Shown here in pieces: positions 21,010 through 30,206 of a stretch of DNA of 64,000 nucleotides; position 1 is the stretch's first letter; every line of letters starts with the position of its first letter. The stretch lies in IMG/VR virus record IMGVR_UViG_3300032007_000015; one strand, 5' to 3'. The notes beneath the pieces are model-generated. The model searched no databases. It saw nothing but the letters and a program-made list of their open reading frames with translations, and was not told the DNA's origin. The stretch is from a virus. Its lineage: Duplodnaviria > Caudoviricetes. The position numbers and the translations under genes were made by a program.

Positions 21010-21431
21010 TTGTATAAATCGTCTATAAATGAACTATACCTAAAATCATCCCAAGGAATTCTTTTTTCTACGGTAAATCTTGGTTTAGATTTAAATACAC
21101 TAGAATAATCATCAACATTATATTCATTATTCAAATCATATATAATATTATATTTAAAATCAGTATATTCTGCAGTACTACTGATATTATAATTTATTGA
21201 TGAATAATTTGAAACTAAATAACTATTCAATTCATTAAAAATGTTCATCTGCATACTATTATATAAGCTAGTAGGATGCAAATTACGTCTATCTAGTTGT
21301 ATAAAATTATCATAATAATTATTTTGGTTTGTTGGAATTTGCCACGGTATTTTGTTATTTGAGTTTTCTTTAGATTTCCGTATATTACGGAAATCTAAAT
21401 TTTCTGTTAAACCAATATCTCCAGGTATCAT
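20925..21431 (-). CDS. Hypothetical protein
   Basis: 168 aa ORF, two IPW motifs. Confidence 0.6.
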   Translation of the reverse strand: MIPGDIGLTENLDFRNIRKSKENSNNKIPWQIPTNQNNYYDNFIQLDRRNLHPTSLYNSMQMNIFNELNSYLVSNYSSINYNISSTAEYTDFKYNIIYDLNNEYNVDDYSSVFKSKPRFTVEKRIPWDDFRYSSFIDDLYKWHKSDQKEFWEIPKIILKNLMILTTFF

Positions 21432-21437
21432 ATTTCA

Positions 21438-22148
21438 TCAGTCCTTTTCAGGTTTTTCAATTGTTTTGAAATACTCTCTGACATCATCTAATGATTTTGG
21501 CATTTCTATCTTATGAGTTAATTCGCTATCAGTAACATTAGCATTATATTCTTTTACCATTTCATCTAATGTTAGTTCGCAATACTCATCAATCCAGTCA
21601 CCAATATAGAAAAATCTCTCTTCAGGTATTTTATAAGAATCTGAACTTAAAAATGTTCCAAATAATATTGGATCTTTTTCCCTTCTTTCTTTAGCAATTT
21701 TTTTATATTTAGTAAATACCACATAATACTGATCGAATAATTTATTTTCTTTTGCTATTAGCAATTTTTCTATAACAGAATCATCAATCTCTCTTTTATA
21801 TTTAGATAATTCTATTATTTTTACAGTATGATGTGAAACATCTTTTATATATTTTTCAATATCTGATTTATATACAACTATATCAAATCCATATTTAGAT
21901 GCTTCCAATTCTCTCATCATTAAACTGTATTTTTCAAATAATCTTTCAGCCATAGCTTCTTGACCTGTTAAAACAGCTTTGTTGAATAGGGTTAAACAGT
22001 TGTCAATAACAACGTTTAAGTTTTCATCCTTAATATTCTTTTTCATATCTTTTACATATTCAAAATATGTGCTTGGTGATACATCGGATTTTAAAAATTC
22101 TTTATCACCGATTTTAACATATTCTGCAATAATTTCTTTCTCGTTCAT
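21438..22148 (-). CDS. Phage hypothetical protein
   Basis: 236 aa, AAGGAGG RBS, REKDPILFG and IGDWIDEYCELTL motifs. Confidence 0.75.
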   Translation of the reverse strand: MNEKEIIAEYVKIGDKEFLKSDVSPSTYFEYVKDMKKNIKDENLNVVIDNCLTLFNKAVLTGQEAMAERLFEKYSLMMRELEASKYGFDIVVYKSDIEKYIKDVSHHTVKIIELSKYKREIDDSVIEKLLIAKENKLFDQYYVVFTKYKKIAKERREKDPILFGTFLSSDSYKIPEERFFYIGDWIDEYCELTLDEMVKEYNANVTDSELTHKIEMPKSLDDVREYFKTIEKPEKD

Positions 22149-22165
22149 AATAAATAATCCTCCTT

Positions 22166-22618
22166 TTAATATACTAAATAATAAATACCGGTTACTGGAT
22201 ATTCATCTACTTTAAAATCGTTTAATTCTCTTAAAACGGTATAAGATTTATCATTAAATGTATTTATATCATAAACATCACATTCATGAAATCCACATTT
22301 AGTATCTTCAATAGAATTATGAAAAATCATTGTTGGAAATGCTTTTATTAAAGATTCAATTACTGGTCTAGGAACAAAGTATTTATCACGTATTAAAAAT
22401 CCAATATTTGTAGTTACTTTTCTAAAATTAAAATCATATGTCGATACTTCAAAAGATATTTCAACTAATTTAAAATCATCCTTCTTCAAAATTTCTATAT
22501 GATTTTTTTTATGCAATTTTTGTATACAGTCACTACACATTGGTTTACTATTAAGGGATCTAAAAACAAGTTCACCTTTACGTTTGCAATAATAACATTC
22601 ATTAATATTATTATTCAT
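22166..22618 (-). CDS. Hypothetical protein with N-terminal CxxC..CxxC zinc ribbon
   Basis: AGGAGG RBS before MNNNINECYYC; MCSDC. Confidence 0.7.
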   Translation of the reverse strand: MNNNINECYYCKRKGELVFRSLNSKPMCSDCIQKLHKKNHIEILKKDDFKLVEISFEVSTYDFNFRKVTTNIGFLIRDKYFVPRPVIESLIKAFPTMIFHNSIEDTKCGFHECDVYDINTFNDKSYTVLRELNDFKVDEYPVTGIYYLVY

Positions 22619-23390
22619 ACTGCAATTCCTCCTGTTCATCTTCGCATGTTGCCCACATATCTTGTAATCTATCATCATATATATAAACCTTAACGGGTGA
22701 ATCACTTATAAGTGTCGTGTAAGTTCTCAAATCATCTATATAATTTTTATATTCGTCGATAATTTTTTCGTCCAAATCACTATTGAGTATATTTCTAATG
22801 ATATTATTATATGCGTCATCTTCGCTATTAAAACCAAAGTTCGTTGCACCTTCTTTAGCTATAAATTTATTATTTCTGTATAAGACATCAATATATCTTA
22901 AGTCATTCAAATAATTATGATATTCAGCATTTGTAGTTTCATCATGTGTTGAATGATGAAATTCTATAAAACTAATATGATTATTCTTTGCCTGTTCAAT
23001 CATATTATTCGTCCCTGAATTTGGTGCAGAATTAACATTCTTAAATGCAACAAGAAGATTTATAGCATTTGCATCTTCTTTTACGATACTAATAATCTCA
23101 GCATTTCTATCAACTCCAGCACTATGATTATTTATCCATACTGCAGAATGTGTTTGTTTAATCCATTTTGCAGGTACTCTCATACATTTAAGTCTTTCAA
23201 ATGCAGCATATTCTTCTGCATATGTATCAACTCCTAAACTACCACCTGTGATTATACAAACATCATATTTCTTAGGGTCTCCATTAGTTATACAGTCTAT
23301 TACTTTTCTTAGACATTCATATACATATATTCGTTCTTTAAAACGTCTATTACCAGATACAATAATATTTACTTTAGTAATATCTTCCAT
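22611..23390 (-). CDS. SLOG-superfamily (YspA/DUF2493-like) nucleotide-binding protein
   Basis: IIVSGNRRF, ITGGSLGVDTYAEEYA, PAKW, AGVDRN, SGTNNMIEQA. Confidence 0.8.
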   Translation of the reverse strand: MEDITKVNIIVSGNRRFKERIYVYECLRKVIDCITNGDPKKYDVCIITGGSLGVDTYAEEYAAFERLKCMRVPAKWIKQTHSAVWINNHSAGVDRNAEIISIVKEDANAINLLVAFKNVNSAPNSGTNNMIEQAKNNHISFIEFHHSTHDETTNAEYHNYLNDLRYIDVLYRNNKFIAKEGATNFGFNSEDDAYNNIIRNILNSDLDEKIIDEYKNYIDDLRTYTTLISDSPVKVYIYDDRLQDMWATCEDEQEELQYE

Positions 23391-23407
23391 AATCTTTTTC
23401 TCCTTTT

Positions 23408-23554
23408 CTATTTATTTCTCATCATTTGCTCATATTTGTATTTATAATATTCTTTTTTATACTTTGGTAATTTCTCTCCTTTCACTTTCGTATTTTTAAT
23501 CCATCTTCTCATTTTCATTTTTTCTTTTATCTTTTTAAGTATTATTTTAAACAC
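23408..23554 (-). CDS. Small basic peptide (48 aa, below ORF-track cutoff)
   Basis: GTG start, MFKIILKKIKEKMKMRRWIKNTKV...RNK*; fills the gap downstream of an early-type promoter motif. Confidence 0.4.
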   Translation of the reverse strand: MFKIILKKIKEKMKMRRWIKNTKVKGEKLPKYKKEYYKYKYEQMMRNK

Positions 23555-23667
23555 CTTCTTTCTTATATTTTTAAAATTATTATTTTTTAAAGAATATTAT
23601 ATGTAATAGAATTTTATTATATTTTTTAAAATTCTATTACATATAAATATTATATTAACATTTTCAT

Positions 23668-23871
23668 TTATTCATCTTCATTATCATCATCTACATTAAT
23701 TGTTGCAAAGTAATATAAATCAATTAATTGACCTTTTTCTAATGCAAATAATTCATTAAGAAGACCACTATCTCTAGAAATAATCATTCTTTCAATAGGA
23801 TTAAATTTTCTAAATATTTTCATTACTTCTTTATTAAATATAGCAATAATATTTAGGATGTCTCCATCGAA
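23668..23871 (-). CDS. rpoC: Exon 2 of RNAP beta'-N subunit
   Basis: Reads FDGDILNIIAIFNKEVMKIFRKFNPIERMIISRDSG...EDE*, completing exon-1 GLNAD into NADFDGD. Confidence 0.92.
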   Translation of the reverse strand, partial: FDGDILNIIAIFNKEVMKIFRKFNPIERMIISRDSGLLNELFALEKGQLIDLYYFATINVDDDNEDE

Positions 23872-25167
23872 CAGGGATATCTTTAATATTATTTATTTAT
23901 CTTTATTGATAAACTTAATTTAAAAATATTTATTATATTACTATAATAAAATCGGACTATCTCTTCATCCCCAATATAGACGATTTATATTGGGGAGATG
24001 TGCACTTCCAGCCTAACCCGCAAACTAAGCCGTACCTATTTTTAGATTAATTTATCTATCAAGTAAATTCTTTAGATAATCAATATCTATTTTCTCTAAA
24101 AATAGTTCACCATTAACATTAGTATTTTCGTATTTTAATACATAAATACCATCATATAATTCGTTAATTTTTGAATATATAGTCTCTACACTTTCATTTT
24201 TACACCAATCTAAAAATTCGACCAAATCAATATAATCTTTATTTCTAATAGACCTTTTTGTGAACATCTTTCCATATATAACATGACGTTTTTCATAATC
24301 CATATAGAAAAGACTGTAATCACAAACTCGTGATGGTTGTCTAAGACAATTTTTAATATAGTCTTTGCTTTTACCAACATAATCACCAAATAATTTTCCA
24401 CTATCAGAAATAATAAATTTACCATTTCCTATAGCAATAATATAATTCGACTTCTTTCTTTTTGTAGCAGCTGATTGTTTTAGTCCCATATGAGATAAAC
24501 TCTTATTCAAACGAACTTGAACTGGGTCTGCTTTATTTTGAATACCAAATCGACAATTATATCCATTACCTTCTACATATGATTTAAAAGTTCTTATATA
24601 GAATTCTTCTCTTTCATTTAAATCTTTTTCATCACATTGTTCAATAAGTTCAATAATAAAATTATCTTGTCCATATTCTCTAATGGCAATATCAATAATT
24701 CTTGTTGAATTTTCATCTTTATCGGCAGTATTATAATCACTTAAACGATTTCTAAAGTTAACCGTTTGACCTATGTATATTTCATTTGTCAATAAATTAG
24801 TGATTTGATAAATTCCTGATATCGGGATGCCCATATCCCACATTTTTTGGGCTTTCTTGTTTAATGCTATTAACTTCACATTTTGTTCCTCCTTTCTTTT
24901 TCCTTTTGTAGTCAATTTTAGATTTGGATTTGGTTTTGATGTAAAAATGCTTAGCACGGTATTACTTGCTATCCATTACTGGACCGTAAGCTCTCTTACG
25001 AAGTGTATTCGCGACTGCTCCTAGTACTGGTCAGGTACCATCCTTATTTAACTTCTACCGTTAGCAAGTCTTTAAACTCACACCGCTTGTTAGGCGTTCA
25101 CACATTCCTTAAGTATAGATTGCTCTACCTTCGGACCTCGATTCATAATATCCATAAATATTATCGC
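23872..25167 (-). mobile_element. Group I self-splicing intron (1296 nt)
   Basis: Exon 1 ends in U, intron ends in G; IGS AUCGAG-GUCCG (25132-25142) pairs with both exons; P (25065-25075), Q AAUACCGUGCUAAGC (24949-24963), R GUAGAGACUA (~24180-24189), S AAGAGAUAGUCC (23954-23965). Confidence 0.92.
24052..24879 (-). CDS. Intron-encoded GIY-YIG homing endonuclease
   Basis: SGIYQITNLLTNEIYIGQT..R, LNEREEFYI, GYN; NUMOD3-like HMGLKQSAATKRKKS; GTG start at 24879 after AAGGAGG. Confidence 0.9.
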   Translation of the reverse strand: MKLIALNKKAQKMWDMGIPISGIYQITNLLTNEIYIGQTVNFRNRLSDYNTADKDENSTRIIDIAIREYGQDNFIIELIEQCDEKDLNEREEFYIRTFKSYVEGNGYNCRFGIQNKADPVQVRLNKSLSHMGLKQSAATKRKKSNYIIAIGNGKFIISDSGKLFGDYVGKSKDYIKNCLRQPSRVCDYSLFYMDYEKRHVIYGKMFTKRSIRNKDYIDLVEFLDWCKNESVETIYSKINELYDGIYVLKYENTNVNGELFLEKIDIDYLKNLLDR

Positions 25168-26397
25168 ATCCGCATTTAGACCTGGTAATATTGACAGTGG
25201 AACAGATAAACAATAATCTGTTGCATCTCGTTTTACATTTCTAATATTCATTAATAACATTGAATAATAATTCAAAGTTGGATTTCGGTTTATTAATATC
25301 TTTGGAGATTCTTTTTTAAGTATATATTGCATTACATTATATACTTGAGGGTCAAATTCAAATGAAGCTCTCCATTTATTATATGCTGATGATAAGTACA
25401 TATCATTTAATTTCATAAGATAATAAATTATCTTATACTTGAAAAGTATTCTAAATGTTTGATATGATAAATCAACCTCATTATCTTTCAAACTTGGGTC
25501 TGGAATAATTACATTTCTTGATGTATTATTACAAGGACCTCCAAGCATCTTATCTCTAATAAATCCTTCTTTTTGTGAAATTAAGTCAAAATTATAATCC
25601 CACATCTTATTTACTCTTTTCTGTATACGATAAAGAATAAATGGTTTTTCAATCGGGTTACACTCTTTAACACTTTCAGATAATTTATATAATGTATTAA
25701 TATGTCTATCTATACTATTAAAGTAAAATGTATCTGATGTGAAAGATTGTGGTCTAAGGATTGTTGAATATATAGGTATATGCGATGTAAAAACTTTATC
25801 CTGTTCATCTAATAATTCAAGAAGTTCTTTTGCCTTATTTTTCTTAACATTAGCAAAATAAGTAATTATGTTTTTAAAGTCCTCCATAAACTTTTCAGTA
25901 CCTATACCCATATAAGGAGATGAAGGAGTTGTTTCTGCTTCATTTGGATCTGCTATACTAGTATTACCATCAATATCAACTTTTTGTCTACAATTGATAA
26001 TATCTGGAAATACCTTCTTTCCTATCAATTTAACTAGTAATTGATAATAATACGGATTAATACATTTAGAATCATTTCCTAATGAAATCCAACCAGTTAC
26101 TTTTACATTATTACCACGATATTCAACTGGTTCATGACATATAGGGCACACCTCACCTTCAAAAAGTTTTCCTTTAAATTCACCACATTTACATCTATAT
26201 CTTTCTATAAATGCTTGGTCATCTTCATATGATGTACCATAAAGTGGTGACTGGGCTCCATACATTGATTTTACTTTCGAGCCATCAAGTGAAACAATCG
26301 CTGGTTCTGTAATAATAAATCCATCACCAGACAGAATGTCATTATAAAAATCAATGTCCCAATTTCTTCTTACTACGTGAACTATTTCTTTTCCCAT
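25168..26397 (-). CDS. rpoC: Exon 1 of RNAP beta' N-terminal subunit (probably non-virion RNAP); spliced product 477 aa
   Basis: YRCKCG..CPIC zinc site, PIYSTILRP, KEGFIRDKMLGG, SRNVIIPDP, INRNPTL, LPGLNAD. Confidence 0.92.
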
Positions 26398-26577
26398 CTT
26401 GCACGTATCTCCTTTCTTTAATCTAGTAAGTATTCACTTGCATTTAAATAATATATAAATTAAATGAAGTAAAGAAAATCTAGATTATTTTTATGTGAAA
26501 TATAATATTATAAAGAATATCACTTAATAAAGGTTAATAAAAGATAGAGTATGAAAAACATACTCTATCTTTTATTT

Positions 26578-28935
26578 TTATTGAAAATCTGAATCGTTCA
26601 AATCATCATCATTATCATCGGTAGCATTTGCAGGATCAAGTTTTTCTTTTTGCATATCTACTTTTATTTCTTTAATGAAATCTTCAATTTCACTATAATT
26701 AAACATTGGTAAAAATTTCGCAGCCAATTTTCGTTTAAGTAATAATTTTTCTTTATTAGCATCATCATCATTATTACTATCAGAATAATATAATCCAAGA
26801 ACGAAATTATAAATTGTCTCAAAATTATTTATCAATTCCTGTTTTGCACCATTAACTGAGCTTTTTGGTGGAGTTAATGAAAATTCAAATTTGTCAATAA
26901 TATCTTCATCTATATTAGTACTCCATACCATAAGTTTTTTATATAATTCTGTGATAGAAGGATTAAAGTCTAATTGATAGTTTACAATTCTTCCATTCAT
27001 TTTACTATTGGCAACTTCAATAGATTTTGCAAAATCTGCTTCATTTAAGTAATTCATAATTGCACTAGGAACACCTGTACCTAAGATATATGAATTTCTT
27101 AGTAATTCCATTAAATCATTATTAAGCTGCACATCTTGACCTTGAAGAATCTCTGTTTCAATTGGTCTTTCTCCTCCTTTACCGAGAGGCATATATAATT
27201 CAGTACCATTACCAATTTTATTTATTAAAGTTGTATATGAAAATAAGTCCATTAAATTAATATTACGACTTTGTTTTTGCCTAGCAATTTCTTGAACTTT
27301 ATTTATCAGGTTCTTATCTAATCCAGACTGTCTTAAATAATTTACTTTTTGATCATTGCTGTATAATATAATACTCATTATTTTAAATAATAAAAGCATT
27401 AAATATAACTTAGCATAGAATAATGATGGTTCCAACATACTTGTACCATCTCCATGTTCGTTTTTATTTATTTTAAATTCTACTACATATTCTTTTGGAA
27501 TAAATTGAAATCTAACTCTTTTTTCTGTTAAGTTATAATAATCTATAGCTTCTGCTATTAACTTTTTAAATTTATTATTCTTTGTTAAAAATTTCTTGTC
27601 AAATTTATCAACTATACGTGAAGCTATACTTGAAATTATATTCTCTTCTCGTCTATTAATATTAAAACGATCTGTATACAAAGATGATGATAAAATACTA
27701 GAAATAGGTGTTACGTCTTCTTCCATAATAAGATAATATCCGATTGTCTCTTCCATAATTTTTAAAGGAAGCATTTTTGTAGGTTCCACAAGTTTAAAAT
27801 AACAATCTTTTATATTTTCAAACTCATTCCTGTTTCTTTTTGAACCTTTATCATTTACAAGTTGAATACCATCAGAACTATCACTATGATGAACCCTTTT
27901 GAATAAATCTTTTGTCTCAGCTAAATTTTTACCTCTTTTAAATGCTTCTGAAACATACTCATCACCTGATTCATTCACATATTTATTTCTGAATTCTTCT
28001 ATTGATTCAAATCCTTCTTCTAAAACTGGAATTGGAATTGGATCATTACAAACGACAATATTTTCTGTTATTGTATTGAGTTCTTTCATGAATTCATCTT
28101 TATATTTTTTTCTATTACCATCCGGTGTAAATGAATTATAATCATCATCTGTTAAATACTTTTCAAAGTTACTATATGTACTTTCACAAAATGTATTAAA
28201 GTCTTTTCCTTCATTTAATTTATGTGCTGATAAATTAAATGTATCAGTATTAGAACTTTCACTATACATATTTCTCTTTGTTAACTTATCATCCATAAAA
28301 TCTGAAAATATTTTTTTATATGGCATTACTACAGCATAAAACTCACCATATTCCAATGTCCTTGGTACAATAAAGTTTTTAATCTTTTCTTGTAATTCAA
28401 ACTTTGACTCTATATTTTCTATAATCGGTTTATAATTCTCTACTACACTATCATTTTGTCCTTTAAAATTTAATATACGATTAATTCTTCCATCAACAAC
28501 ATCTGCACTTATAATTGCATCCCTCATTGTATTTATGGCTTCTCTTAATTCTATTAATTGAGAAGATATTTCGTGAATATCACTTTGCTTTAATAATCTA
28601 TTTCTATATGCTTCAGATATGAAACTTGAAATAGTTGCTTCATCATCATTTATATTTAAATTATTAAATTGCTTTTTGAGTAATTGGTCAATTGAATCAC
28701 TTTTTTTATCCATTTTATATAATTGACCAAGAAACGAAGTAATATCTTCATTATCACCACTATTTAATTCTCTTATTTCATTATGCATTATATTATTAAA
28801 TTTATCATTAATATCTTCTATTGAAGTATCGTCACTTTGACCATATAATGATATATTTAAAATATCCATTAATCCATTAGCAGTATTAATGGATTTATTT
28901 ATACTTCTATCACTTGAAATTTTTTTATCACTCAA
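26578..28935 (-). CDS. Portal vertex protein (T4 gp20-like)
   Basis: GTSMLEPSLFYAKLY, ELYMPLGKGGERPIETEILQG, GTGVPSAIM parallel T4 portal motifs; AACA-N6-TA at 28970-28981. Confidence 0.7.
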   Translation of the reverse strand: MSDKKISSDRSINKSINTANGLMDILNISLYGQSDDTSIEDINDKFNNIMHNEIRELNSGDNEDITSFLGQLYKMDKKSDSIDQLLKKQFNNLNINDDEATISSFISEAYRNRLLKQSDIHEISSQLIELREAINTMRDAIISADVVDGRINRILNFKGQNDSVVENYKPIIENIESKFELQEKIKNFIVPRTLEYGEFYAVVMPYKKIFSDFMDDKLTKRNMYSESSNTDTFNLSAHKLNEGKDFNTFCESTYSNFEKYLTDDDYNSFTPDGNRKKYKDEFMKELNTITENIVVCNDPIPIPVLEEGFESIEEFRNKYVNESGDEYVSEAFKRGKNLAETKDLFKRVHHSDSSDGIQLVNDKGSKRNRNEFENIKDCYFKLVEPTKMLPLKIMEETIGYYLIMEEDVTPISSILSSSLYTDRFNINRREENIISSIASRIVDKFDKKFLTKNNKFKKLIAEAIDYYNLTEKRVRFQFIPKEYVVEFKINKNEHGDGTSMLEPSLFYAKLYLMLLLFKIMSIILYSNDQKVNYLRQSGLDKNLINKVQEIARQKQSRNINLMDLFSYTTLINKIGNGTELYMPLGKGGERPIETEILQGQDVQLNNDLMELLRNSYILGTGVPSAIMNYLNEADFAKSIEVANSKMNGRIVNYQLDFNPSITELYKKLMVWSTNIDEDIIDKFEFSLTPPKSSVNGAKQELINNFETIYNFVLGLYYSDSNNDDDANKEKLLLKRKLAAKFLPMFNYSEIEDFIKEIKVDMQKEKLDPANATDDNDDDLNDSDFQ

Positions 28936-29047
28936 TTATTTCACGTCCTTTCTTGTTATTTAAGTAGCTTAAAAAAATGTTTTTAAGTAGGTTTTTAAGA
29001 ATAATATAAGATAACTTTAATTATCTTATATTATTCCTTTATATTTT

Positions 29048-29569
29048 TTATTTATCATTTAATTTCTTTATTTCATCTAGTGAGTGCGTAATTAAATTAA
29101 ATGAACAAAAATTAATGTTATATTCATATTTATCATTTTCAATATTATATACTTTGAATATATATAAATCATCCGTACGTGGTATACCGATTTCAATTTT
29201 ATATTTATAATATATAAAATAAATACAATATAATTTTGTATATTTATTAGGCTTAGTTGTTTTGTATACTACAATATCTTCATTATCTTTTAATATTTTT
29301 AATATAATATTTGCATTATTATAATATCTATTATTATCTATTGAGTTTTTTATCCATTTTTCAGATTTTTTTATTAATTTTTTACTCTTATTAATAGAAT
29401 TTACTACAGTATTTAATTCTGATATCATATTATATAAATTTAATAAATAAGTATTAATAAATAAATCGTATATATCAGATACAACTTCTCTAAATAAATA
29501 CATTACAACTATAAACATACATGTTGTAGTTAATATCATTAACATAATTCGCCTCCTAATCCTATTCAT
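29048..29569 (-). CDS. Hypothetical protein with N-terminal hydrophobic segment (start likely 29545)
   Basis: AGGAGG before MLMILTTT. Confidence 0.6.
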   Translation of the reverse strand: MNRIRRRIMLMILTTTCMFIVVMYLFREVVSDIYDLFINTYLLNLYNMISELNTVVNSINKSKKLIKKSEKWIKNSIDNNRYYNNANIILKILKDNEDIVVYKTTKPNKYTKLYCIYFIYYKYKIEIGIPRTDDLYIFKVYNIENDKYEYNINFCSFNLITHSLDEIKKLNDK

Positions 29570-30200
29570 TTAATGGTATAGAATAATATCTACATATCAT
29601 TTGAAAATAATCCCATCTAAAATCAAAATATGTCATATATAAATCAATATCTTCGATATATTTTGATGTGAAGAATAATAAGTCTATATTTTTTTCACTG
29701 ATATGTGGAAATAATTCTTTTCCAATTGTGATAGTATCTTTCTTTTTTCTTTCATAATCATAAATAGGTAATTCATAACTTGCTTTATCAGAAAAAAATA
29801 TTTTTATGATATCTTTATTATCTGATAATTTATTCCATACTATATCAGGTTTTGATACATCATCAAGAACTGTCTTTATTAATGCATCATCATCATATGA
29901 ATATGGTAATTTAAATTCTGAATCAGAAATTTCATTATAATAATCTGAAACATTTTCATTTTCTATATTATTTTTTAATAAATCTATTGATTCTATATTA
30001 TAAGATTTTTTTTCATTAAATATTAATGATAATTCCTCTCGGTATTTATCATTTACGATTAGTAATACTAACCCGTCTAATTTTTCCGAACTTTCAATAC
30101 CGGGTATTATATAATAATTATGATATATCATAAAATCTTTTGAGAATACCTTTTTAACTTTATTTAAAAAATCCAATAATTTTTTTTGACTTTTATCCAT
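29562..30200 (-). CDS. Hypothetical protein downstream of DNA polymerase N-half
   Basis: 212 aa ORF. Confidence 0.75.
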   Translation of the reverse strand: MDKSQKKLLDFLNKVKKVFSKDFMIYHNYYIIPGIESSEKLDGLVLLIVNDKYREELSLIFNEKKSYNIESIDLLKNNIENENVSDYYNEISDSEFKLPYSYDDDALIKTVLDDVSKPDIVWNKLSDNKDIIKIFFSDKASYELPIYDYERKKKDTITIGKELFPHISEKNIDLLFFTSKYIEDIDLYMTYFDFRWDYFQMICRYYSIPLNE

Positions 30201-30206
30201 ATTTTT

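Noticed and set aside
20740-21431. Programmed frameshift joining 20925..21431 and 20740..21009
   Set aside because: 85-nt overlap is odd, but the alternative frame opens only 8 codons before its ATG and no clear slippery heptamer is present; unresolved
25090-25167. C-terminal tail AIIFMDIMNRGPK... of ORF 25090..26397
   Set aside because: Read-through into the intron P1/IGS region, not real protein
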